Assembly: GCA_038214755.1 (NCBI GenBank)
Contig: JBBQRQ010000113.1
Coordinates: 1-16,066 of the forward strand
Length of the DNA: 16,066 nucleotides
Reading direction: 5' to 3'
Source: Verrucomicrobiota bacterium
Lineage (GTDB): Bacteria; Verrucomicrobiota; Verrucomicrobiia; Limisphaerales; CANJXF01
Position numbers and translations under genes: made by a program. Below, one piece after another: positions 8,520-16,066 of this stretch; the stretch's first letter is position 1, and each line of letters starts with the position of its first letter. A model generated the notes under the pieces. That model was given only the letters and a program-made list of their open reading frames with translations. It was not told the origin of the DNA and made no database searches.

Positions 8520-8936
8520 TTAAACCTCGGGATAATATTTGGCCCGCTGCAACCAGTTCCGCTCAAGAAGCCGCTCGTTTTCGTTTAGCCGCAGCAGTGT
8601 CACCGTCACTTCTCCTACCAATGTGCGCCCCACGATTTTTGCGCCCTCGATTCTGAAATGTTCAGTCCAGTGATCTCGACGTGGATGGAAGAGCCGTATG
8701 AGCGCTCCACTCGAGAAATGAATCGACGCCACATCTGTTCCTTTTGCTCGATTACAGCGGGCGCACGACAGAGCCAGATTGGGCAACTCGGTAGATCCTC
8801 CGTGTTTGCGGCTGATGATGTGATCGACTTCGCAACCTGCCAAAAGCAACTCCGCTGAGACCAGGCATTACTCGCAGCGTCCTCCGGCGCGCGCGTAAAC
8901 CTCGCGACGAAGCTGCTGGCTGATTGTCTCAGCCAT
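8520..8936 (-). pseudogene. HNH endonuclease with an in-frame nonsense codon (CE*C in place of CEYC)
   Basis: ATG 8936: MAETISQQLRREVYARAGGRCE*CLVS...CEVDHIISRKHGGSTELPNLALSCARCNRAKG...LFHPRRDHWTEHF; TAA at 8868-8870. Confidence 0.85.
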
Positions 8937-9156
8937 GAGATGCCAGCGACTTGGCTTTAGCCAGAAGGACTAAATGTTCGAGCTTGAAATAGTCGTCCAA
9001 CTCCAATTTCTCCTCGGGCAGCAGGCCGGATTCTTTTTCCTTGGCAATCAGCGCCCAAATTCGCCGACGCGACTGTTCTGATGCTTTGAAATTGGCCAGG
9101 GAACGTGCCGGAATTTGTTCGACCAGAAAATCCAGAATCTCATCACTCGCGTTCAT
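8929..9156 (-). CDS. Small helical protein, putative antitoxin-like partner of the HNH gene
   Basis: 75 aa with a LIAKEKESGLLPEEKLELDDY motif; overlaps the HNH start by 8 nt, suggesting translational coupling. Confidence 0.7.
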   Translation of the reverse strand: MNASDEILDFLVEQIPARSLANFKASEQSRRRIWALIAKEKESGLLPEEKLELDDYFKLEHLVLLAKAKSLASHG

Positions 9157-9224
9157 ACATCGAATCTACTTCTTGCTCCCAGGGGTCAACAAGAACTAAA
9201 GGACATTAATTCCGATAACGCCCA

Positions 9225-9452
9225 GCAGGCGCACGAACGCGAAGCAAAACGGATTATGCGTTGGCCGTGACTGGAATCGCCGGCCCGGACGGTGGTACAG
9301 AAGAAAAGCCAGTCGGCCCGGTGTGGATTGCGCTCGCAACGAATAGCGAAACAAAGGTGCAACATCATGTTTTCCGTTACGACCGGGAGACATTTAAATT
9401 TGTCACGTCGCAGGAAGCGCTCGATTTGTTGCGACGGACGATCCTTCGATAG
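9225..9452 (+). pseudogene. cinA: cinA remnant, C-terminal end of the PncC domain
   Basis: [38 protein letters not shown]...DRE...ALDLLRR*; TGIAGPxGG..KPVG is the CinA/PncC signature. Confidence 0.88.
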
Positions 9453-9495
9453 CGTCTTTCCGACTGTTATTCTCGCCGCCATCTAAACGGATCAA

Positions 9496-9879
9496 TCAAT
9501 AAGCAATGACGCGATAAAACCTTTGATTAGAAGCAGGGGCAAGGTCGGAGATTTGTCCTTGACCATCGGAGAGACTAACATTGCCGTTAACGATTTGCCA
9601 GTAAGGATCGGTCAAGTTGTTCTTAAACTGGACTTGGTAAGTTTTCCCCGAAACTATAGGCCAGCTTAGTGTAGCAGGAGGAATAATTTTTACGGTGAAG
9701 GTTGGATCGGAACTAAGTGTATAAAGACTGAACGCGAATAGATCGCTGCCTTGGTTGAAATCTTGCGGAAAAAGATCGGAAGCCCAGCTTTGGAAGAGGA
9801 GAGTTTGTGCATCGCTACTGAAAACAGGCGTGAGAGATCGGTTATTCGCGGTTGTGCTTCCATAGCTGCTGATACTCAT
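9496..9879 (-). pseudogene. Orphan C-terminal fragment of a secreted TolB/PD40-like repeat protein with a terminal beta-rich domain
   Basis: SLTPVFSSDAQTLLFQSWASDL..D.N..SDLF resembles a single last propeller blade, followed by LSWP..SGKTYQVQFK.NL.D..W...FYRV. No signal peptide and no other blades. Confidence 0.6.
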
Positions 9880-9960
9880 GAGTGTGTTTGAGGCGGGGGC
9901 GATTTGACTGGAACGATGGCGAAAAAATGGGCCGGATATTTGGCTGGAACGCGCTCGGCG

Positions 9961-10203
9961 TTACACGTCACCAAAGAATTCGCGAATCGGCGTCTTCACC
10001 GCTTTGGCAATTCGCAGGAGAGCTTCAATAGATATGATCTTCTCTCCGCGCTCGACTTCCCCAAGATATTTTGGATTCAAGTCGGCTTGCTCTGCCAATT
10101 TTTCCTGGGTGAAACTGACTGACTTTCGATGGGAACGAATTGCTTCGCCAATCGTCTTTCGATGTCTGAGAACGGGCCGTCGTTTTCTCTTGGGGCTTGC
10201 CAC
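9961..10203 (-). CDS. XRE/Cro-family HTH transcriptional regulator
   Basis: IGEAIRSHRK..FTQEKLAEQADLNPKYLGEVERGEKIISIEALLRIAKA. Confidence 0.92.
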   Translation of the reverse strand: MASPKRKRRPVLRHRKTIGEAIRSHRKSVSFTQEKLAEQADLNPKYLGEVERGEKIISIEALLRIAKAVKTPIREFFGDV

Positions 10204-10241
10204 AGCCCTGAAACATTAGAAAAGCCGCACTTGAGGGCTAC

Positions 10242-10258
10242 ACCAGCAACATGCTGGT
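10242..10258. promoter_or_regulatory. Candidate operator palindrome
   Basis: ACCAGCA-ACA-TGCTGGT, a perfect 7-3-7 inverted repeat in the 113-bp gap between divergent genes. Confidence 0.5.
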
Positions 10259-10316
10259 ATTTTTTTGGTTGCATTTCTCCGAGCAGATGTTCAAATGATC
10301 GCGAAGACCACGCATT

Positions 10317-13300
10317 ATGAAAACAAATCGTCTTGCGGCCGTGCTCGCCGCAATCGCAGGAACTGCGGGAATGTTTTTCAGTTTAACCGTCAACGCACTC
10401 GCTCAGTCGGATTCCGTCGTCGCGGCGCTGGCGGAGGCGCAGGGACTACCCTTGGTGCAACCCGCCGAACTTCCGTTCTTCGGAACATTCTGGACGGTTC
10501 AAAGCTTTATTCCATGCATCATGCCGCCGATGCCCTATCCGCCTTTTGATTCCAGCCTGCCAGTCTATGCAATCGGTGCTGGCCAGTTTTTGGTGGACCA
10601 AACGGGCGGGAAGTTGATTTCCAAAACGAACGAACGATACACACCTTCCTCGGCAGACTATTCATCTCTGCTTGAGCAGCAGGTGAAGGAGATATTGAAT
10701 CTCATCGCGCAAGTTCAAAAGGCGGAGTTGCGGCGTTATAGACAAATGAGCACAGACGAGGACGGCGGCACGAGTCCGCAATTCAACGCCTTGGTGTACA
10801 CAACGAACGACCTATGGCTTGAAATAATCGGAAAGACTAATGCCACTGGCTATTTCGTTCTGCATCCACCGACGGCGGAAGCAACCACCGGCGTTTACGA
10901 TCTTTTTGGAACAACAAACTTAAATTGGAGCGGGCCGGGGTTGAACGCCACAAACTGGATGTGGGTGCTTCGCACAACCCCCAGTCAGACGGATGTCACG
11001 GTTTCAAATCTGACGGCGGAGCAGGCTTACTTTCTCGCCGCCCGGACAAATGACTTGGATGGTGACGGAATGACGGACGCATATGAACGACTGGTAAAAC
11101 ACTCGAATCCGACAATTCCTGACAGCCCAATTCGCCCCGGCTTTAACCAATATACCTTGGCGGCCAACGACGATGGCTCTACCGGGTTGGTTCCAATTGG
11201 TTTCCCAATCAGCATTTTCGGGGGTTCTCAAACGCAGCTTTACATCAACAACAACGGCAACATTAGTTTTGATGCTTCGCTGTCGGCGTATTTAACGACG
11301 CCCCTTCTCAATCTCGGCACGAAAATTATTGCTCCCTACTGGGCCGATGTAGATACACAAGGGCCAGGCTCGGCTCTTGTCAGTTATGGAAATTCAGTTG
11401 TAGAGGGTCATAATGCATTTGGGGCTAACTGGATTAACGTAGGTTATTACTCCGCTCACACTGACCGGCGATTAAGCTGCCAGTTGGTCATCATTGATCG
11501 CTCGGATATTGCTCTCGGAGATTTCGATATGGAGTTCAACTACAGCCGGGTTGAATGGGAGTGGGGAGATGCTTCAAATGGGTATCCTCCTCGGGTTGGA
11601 TATTCAGACGGCATCGAAAGTTACGAACTCTCAGGGTCAGGTGTTTCTGGCGCATTTCTGGATTCAAACCACGTTACCGGCCTTAAATATCATACCTTGA
11701 ATTCCTGGCAGCATGGGCAGTACATTTTTTATTTCCGAAGCGGAGTTAGCTTAGTGCTTCCGCCGGTCGATATTGATCCTCCCGGCTCCACTACTCTCCC
11801 CGTCACCGTGAACCTATCGGTCTCTAATCATCCGAACGCCACAATCTATTATACGTTGGATGGCTCTTTGCCCAATGACTCGAGCCTGGTCTATACGGGA
11901 TCTTTAAATTTCACCACGAGCACGACTCTGAAAACGTTCGCGTCAGAACCGGGCTGGACAGACAGCCAAGTAAGCTCCGCTTACTTCATGCCGCCGGTTC
12001 CTCTGATCATTCTCACCCAACCGCAAAGTCAAACTGTGGCGCTGCATTCTGACGCGACCTTCAGCGTAGTAGCGACCGGGGCTGATCCATTGACATATCA
12101 ATGGATACACAACGGTAATGTTGTCGGAAATCAGGCGTTCCTCGTTTTGCATGACGTGCAGGCCGCTGATGGTGGCGACTATTACGTCGTTATCACGGAC
12201 ATTTACTCCAATGCGGTTTCAAGTTATCACGTGACGCTGACGGTCAACTCCATATCAACGCCGCCGAGCGTCACTATTGCGTCTCCAGCGAGCGGCACAA
12301 ACGTCAGCGGGGTGATCACCGTAACGGCCATAGGCGTTGATGATGTTCGTACGGTCCGTGCCAAGTTATTTGTTGATAGCGAAGAGATCGCGGCGCAAAT
12401 GTATGATTCGCCCTACAACTTCATCCTCGACACCACCATTCTATCCAACGGAACTCATCAATTGATCGCGAAAACTTACGACATCGACAACTCGGCAGGT
12501 ACTTCGAGCGCAGTAACCATCACGGTTGATAATTTCATTTCAAACTGTAAAGCCTCTGCGCGTGCTTTCACACCCAATGGAGCTACGAATACTACCGTGA
12601 CGTTCAGCGCCAATTTTGAGGCAACGGCAAACTGGACGTTGACGATTACCAAGGCAGATGAAACATCACAAACGAACTTCAGCGGAAACGGCAGTCAGTT
12701 GTCTTTCAACTGGAATGGGGAAGGAACTTCTGGAACGGGAGAGTACCTTTGGCAGTTAGAAGCAACCGCTGCGAGTTCTAATCCGTCATCAGCGGGCAGT
12801 TCCGGCGGAAACCAGAATCAACCAACACCGATGTTTATCGATGCGGGGGCTCCCAGTTGGGAAAACGTCAACAACATCAATTACCACGCCTATTGCGCAC
12901 AAATCTATCAGTACAATTGGGTCCACGTTTTACGCATTTATTTCTACACGTATCTCGGCGCGGGACCCTGGCTCTTCCCCTTGCCTCCTGAAATCTTCAC
13001 CTATCAAATCCGCACATGGGCGACGTTAATGGGATACAACGGCGATATAGTTACCCGCTTCTCAGCCGCTGAGGGAGGTGATCTTTCCGATTATGTCCGG
13101 TCAGATCATGTCGTGTATATGCTCGGTCATGGCGGTGGTGTTGCCGATCAAGCAATAACAACGATGTTCGATGGGCCAGACGACGATGCAGAGGGATTCG
13201 GTGGCGGAAGTGTGAGACGATGGACTCGCAATTCCGGCAATGCATACGGTTTCATGTTTGTGCAGATGAACGGCTGCCACAGCGCTACCTATATTGATGC

Positions 13301-13562
13301 TCAGGGAAATAACGACATGGCAGAGGGATTTGGAATTATGACCAATCCATTAACTGACCGACGCGCCTACCTAGGCTGGGACGGCTATATTATTCCAGGA
13401 CCTGGAACCCTCTACACCTTTGATGCAACATTCTGGAATAACCTCTATGATGGCTGGACGGTGGCGGATGCCGCCGCAGATGCCTTCTCCAATGTGCCTG
13501 GCGTTTTGGCGCATCCGGTAATTATCGGCGATCCACAACTTATACTCCCTCAAACCTTCTGA
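10317..13562 (+). CDS. Large secreted multidomain protein: signal peptide, Pro-rich N-module, DxDxDG Ca-binding motif, NIDO-like domain, chitobiase/FN3-associated domain, Ig-like domains, C-terminal putative clan CD cysteine peptidase
   Basis: Signal ending ALA|Q; DLDGDGMTDAYE; NDDGS..YINNNGNISF..IAPYWADVD (NIDO); ATIYYTLDGS.P; ILTQPQSQTV..LTYQW..DGGDYYVVI; PSVTIASP..NGTHQLIAK; YMLGHGG (H938), MNGCHS (C987), IIGDP. Confidence 0.85.
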   Translation: MKTNRLAAVLAAIAGTAGMFFSLTVNALAQSDSVVAALAEAQGLPLVQPAELPFFGTFWTVQSFIPCIMPPMPYPPFDSSLPVYAIGAGQFLVDQTGGKLISKTNERYTPSSADYSSLLEQQVKEILNLIAQVQKAELRRYRQMSTDEDGGTSPQFNALVYTTNDLWLEIIGKTNATGYFVLHPPTAEATTGVYDLFGTTNLNWSGPGLNATNWMWVLRTTPSQTDVTVSNLTAEQAYFLAARTNDLDGDGMTDAYERLVKHSNPTIPDSPIRPGFNQYTLAANDDGSTGLVPIGFPISIFGGSQTQLYINNNGNISFDASLSAYLTTPLLNLGTKIIAPYWADVDTQGPGSALVSYGNSVVEGHNAFGANWINVGYYSAHTDRRLSCQLVIIDRSDIALGDFDMEFNYSRVEWEWGDASNGYPPRVGYSDGIESYELSGSGVSGAFLDSNHVTGLKYHTLNSWQHGQYIFYFRSGVSLVLPPVDIDPPGSTTLPVTVNLSVSNHPNATIYYTLDGSLPNDSSLVYTGSLNFTTSTTLKTFASEPGWTDSQVSSAYFMPPVPLIILTQPQSQTVALHSDATFSVVATGADPLTYQWIHNGNVVGNQAFLVLHDVQAADGGDYYVVITDIYSNAVSSYHVTLTVNSISTPPSVTIASPASGTNVSGVITVTAIGVDDVRTVRAKLFVDSEEIAAQMYDSPYNFILDTTILSNGTHQLIAKTYDIDNSAGTSSAVTITVDNFISNCKASARAFTPNGATNTTVTFSANFEATANWTLTITKADETSQTNFSGNGSQLSFNWNGEGTSGTGEYLWQLEATAASSNPSSAGSSGGNQNQPTPMFIDAGAPSWENVNNINYHAYCAQIYQYNWVHVLRIYFYTYLGAGPWLFPLPPEIFTYQIRTWATLMGYNGDIVTRFSAAEGGDLSDYVRSDHVVYMLGHGGGVADQAITTMFDGPDDDAEGFGGGSVRRWTRNSGNAYGFMFVQMNGCHSATYIDAQGNNDMAEGFGIMTNPLTDRRAYLGWDGYIIPGPGTLYTFDATFWNNLYDGWTVADAAADAFSNVPGVLAHPVIIGDPQLILPQTF

Positions 13563-13573
13563 ACGCTCGACCT

Positions 13574-14431
13574 ATGAAATCACTAAGACTCCTTGTATGC
13601 CTACAGTGCCTAATTCACTCGGCGGCAATCCCGGTGAGTTATAGTTCCGAGATTTCCTCTGAGGCATCCGCTAATGTTGTCACCACGGCTATTTCCGATT
13701 TCTGCAGGAAGTATCGAAGCGACCTGATGACTCCACAAAACAATTGGAAAATTGCTGTGACCACGACAAATGGAGTAGCCATTCTCCCCATCCCGCCGAG
13801 TGACGAACGAGAAGTATCCTTAACGGTTGATTTAAAACAAAAAGAGGTAACAGCATTTTCCGCGTTCAAAGGTTTCTCCAAGAAGCGCTATGGCACTCAG
13901 ACCAAGGATATTGAGGCAATGGTGGCTACCCGAGCCGACGCGATACGACGGGATTTTGCGGTAAATACGAATACCCTGAAACCCATGTACGCGCGAAAGT
14001 TTCATTTCGCAGAACAGACGCAACAAAAGGTGATTGAGTATCTCTGGCAACGACAAACAAACGGGTTCGCCTTCAAGGACGATTTTGTCAAAGTCATATA
14101 TGATGCCCAAGACGGCGAACTGCTTTCATTAAGAAAATCCTGGGGCAACCTTCCTGACTCTTTACACGTGAAACTGGCGCTACCCGCCGCAAAGGAAATT
14201 GTCTCCAAACAAATAGGGAACGGCGTCAACGCTAAGGCGCTGAGGGTCAACTCAGCGGAAATAGCCGTGGTTTCTCCGAACGATTTTCTAACTGAGACGA
14301 AATCTGTCCCCAAAGGAAGAAGGCTGGCATGGGTTTTTGAATTGCCAAAACAATTCCTACTTGAGAGTTCGGCTGAACTTTGGGTGGATTCGGAAACCGG
14401 AGTTATCTTGGGTGGTAAAGCCCTTTTCTGA
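13574..14431 (+). CDS. Secreted protein with FTP/PepSY-like (YcdB-like) propeptide domains
   Basis: N-terminal hydrophobic signal; WQRQTNG...VKVIYDAQDGELLS; AKEIV...RLAWVF...ELWVDSETGVILG. Starts 11 nt after the upstream stop. Confidence 0.7.
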   Translation: MKSLRLLVCLQCLIHSAAIPVSYSSEISSEASANVVTTAISDFCRKYRSDLMTPQNNWKIAVTTTNGVAILPIPPSDEREVSLTVDLKQKEVTAFSAFKGFSKKRYGTQTKDIEAMVATRADAIRRDFAVNTNTLKPMYARKFHFAEQTQQKVIEYLWQRQTNGFAFKDDFVKVIYDAQDGELLSLRKSWGNLPDSLHVKLALPAAKEIVSKQIGNGVNAKALRVNSAEIAVVSPNDFLTETKSVPKGRRLAWVFELPKQFLLESSAELWVDSETGVILGGKALF

Positions 14432-14433
14432 GA

Positions 14434-14706
14434 ATGAGACCCGTCTTGCTCACTGTTGCGATAGTGGGTTACGTGTTCTGCGTGGGCTGGGCCTTACTGC
14501 CAGCGCTCACCCCTTTTTATTTCACAGATGCATTCATGGGTATGTCGGCGTGTGCGTTGATTGCGATAACATCCTCCCCAAAGTCTTATCGCTGGCTCGC
14601 GGTGGCGTTCTTAGGTTTTTCACTGGCAGGAGCGGCCTATAGTTGGCGTCATAACAGCACGCTCAAAGCCCGAATGTTGGAACAGGTTACGGAATCTCGT
14701 GAATAA
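14434..14706 (+). CDS. Small membrane protein (about 3 TM segments), hypothetical
   Basis: Three hydrophobic stretches; ATG 2 nt after the previous stop. Confidence 0.6.
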   Translation: MRPVLLTVAIVGYVFCVGWALLPALTPFYFTDAFMGMSACALIAITSSPKSYRWLAVAFLGFSLAGAAYSWRHNSTLKARMLEQVTESRE

Positions 14707-14731
14707 GCCATCATCAGACAAAAGCCTTAAT

Positions 14732-15382
14732 ATGAAGAATGAAATTCTGAAATCTTTTCGATGGGCCACCGTCGCGAAACAATTGCAGATTTTGTGTTTT
14801 GTTGCGCTCCTAGGCGCTTTTACAACTGAAACACAAGCGCAAGGAAATCTTGTTTCCAATGGCGGGTTCGATACTGACGCCGCGGGGTGGACCACAAACA
14901 ATCTTGGACTAGGGGCTGGTTATCGCTCTAGCAAAGGCAATCCAGGTGGGTTCTTCGTCCTTGATAGCAGTCCATTACTTGTAGCTGATCCCACCATCAG
15001 TCAAATAATCACGGGCTTGGCAATTGGTAACACTTACATAATTTCCGGAAACTACCAATATAACATTGACCGAGGGGGAGGTAGTCCGACCGATGCCAGC
15101 CTCGGAGTAGCCATTGACGGCGTTTATCTGTTCACTACTGCGAAGCCGTCGCTGATAGACCTCCCAAAATGGTTGAATTTCAGTTTTTTTTATACTGCAA
15201 CCTCCACCAGCGCGGCGTTGAGCTTATCGGCTCAGATGAACAATACCGGTGTAGCGTATGGGATAGACAATATCTCCATGTCTCCTGTACCGGAACCCTC
15301 GACTTGTATGCTTCTTATGGGTGGCAGCGCCACGTGGTTTTTCTTCCACCGCGCCCAGCGGCAACCTAAGCGACTGGCTTGA
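14732..15382 (+). CDS. PEP-CTERM sorting domain protein with a carbohydrate-binding-like (DUF642/CBM-like) domain
   Basis: Signal ending TQA|Q, GNLVSNGGFD..W, ISQ.I.GL..G.TY, IDNIS, VPEPST, then hydrophobic and basic tail. ATG 14732 preferred over the ORF start at 14699. Confidence 0.88.
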   Translation: MKNEILKSFRWATVAKQLQILCFVALLGAFTTETQAQGNLVSNGGFDTDAAGWTTNNLGLGAGYRSSKGNPGGFFVLDSSPLLVADPTISQIITGLAIGNTYIISGNYQYNIDRGGGSPTDASLGVAIDGVYLFTTAKPSLIDLPKWLNFSFFYTATSTSAALSLSAQMNNTGVAYGIDNISMSPVPEPSTCMLLMGGSATWFFFHRAQRQPKRLA

Positions 15383-15596
15383 ACCTTATCTTGTGTGTGC
15401 CGCGTTTAGTTAGGAAATCCGTTAAAAGGCCAAAAAATTGATTGGAAGATTCTTTAATCAATTAACCAAATGCACCAACTTTCTGTCCCTTTATCGAAGC
15501 AAGCTCAGTTAACTAAGGCTAACTGGATAGGCCGTTCTACTCGTCTTGGCAATTTTCATGGTCAGTTTCAAAAGTACGCGTGAGTGGAACCATTTT

Positions 15597-15632
15597 AAAA
15601 AGAAAAAAGCCGAAACTTTCGTTTCGGCTTTT
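15597..15632 (-). terminator. Rho-independent terminator of the rRNA operon
   Basis: Minus strand AAAAGCCGAAAC-GAAA-GTTTCGGCTTTTTTCTTTTT directly after the 5S gene. Confidence 0.9.
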
Positions 15633-15640
15633 ATTAAAGT

Positions 15641-15756
15641 TCTGGCGGTAACCTACTCTCGCGGAAGCTATACAACCACTACCATTGGCAAGACTGCGTT
15701 TGACGGCCGTGTTCGGGATGGGAACGGGTCGGACCACAGCTTTATAACCACCAAAG
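15641..15756 (-). rRNA. rrf: 5S rRNA
   Basis: Minus strand TTTGGTGGTTATA...CCCATCCCGAACACGGCCGTCAAA...GCCAATGGTAGT...GAGAGTAGGTTACCGCCAGA; ends pair; about 116 nt. Confidence 0.97.
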
Positions 15757-15944
15757 TGCTGGCGCACGGCCACTGCGAGAATTACTCACCGGTGGGTCAG
15801 CTCTCAAAGCTGACTGCGCAAAATGTTAAAGATCATTCCTGAAGTCAGGAAGTTCTCTGAAAACTACACACAGACTTACTCGGGACAAATTAAGTCACTG
15901 AGTAAAAGCTTGATGTTTAATCTTCATTCCGAGGAATAAAGAAA

Positions 15945-16066
15945 AAGTAATCAAGCCGCACGACAAATTAGTATTAGTCCGCTAAAAAGATTACTCCTCT
16001 TACACGCCTAACCTATCAACCAGGTAGTCTTCCTGGAGTCTTTAGGGTCTTGCGACCGGGAAACAA
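15945..16066 (-). rRNA. rrl: 23S rRNA, 3' end (partial)
   Basis: Plus strand TCAAGCC...ATTAGTA...TTACAC...CCTATCAAC is the reverse complement of the conserved 23S 3' terminus; exact end approximate. Confidence 0.95.

Noticed and set aside
8429..8656. 75-aa ORF as a real gene
   Set aside because: A chimera of the cinA remnant and HNH antisense sequence.
8868..8870. Programmed readthrough or recoding of the HNH stop
   Set aside because: TAA at a Tyr position, and other genes here use TAA as a stop; a point mutation is simpler.
15537..15842. ORFs overlapping the 5S gene
   Set aside because: Spurious frames across rRNA.
15757..15944. tRNA or ncRNA in the 23S-5S spacer
   Set aside because: Short hairpins only, with no cloverleaf or T-loop; consistent with a normal rRNA spacer.
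1..16066. CRISPR array or IS element
   Set aside because: No regularly spaced direct repeats and no cas, transposase or integrase ORF seen.

Overview
Bacterial window, probably Verrucomicrobiota-like. This is inferred from the PEP-CTERM protein, the style of the secreted proteins and the GTAG-type REP repeats, not from a search. Positions 1-8264 hold housekeeping and metabolic genes: a secreted three-domain RidA-like protein, a PI-PLC/GDPD-like phosphodiesterase, aroK, queG, an SDR, a MOSC protein and dihydropyrimidinase. Several REP/REPIN-like palindromes lie among them, and one cluster forms a 213-bp in-frame insertion inside a signal peptide. About 8270-15590 is an accessory region. It contains a split cinA remnant with an inverted small-gene + HNH pair in the gap (the HNH gene carries a nonsense codon), an orphan C-terminal fragment of a secreted protein, and an XRE regulator divergent from a four-gene cluster. 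That cluster encodes a 1081-aa multidomain secreted protein ending in a putative clan CD (caspase/gingipain-like) cysteine protease domain, a PepSY-like secreted partner, a small membrane protein and a PEP-CTERM protein. The window ends in a minus-strand rRNA operon (23S 3' end, 5S, terminator). The best candidate for an undescribed system is the XRE-associated protease + PepSY-like partner module.
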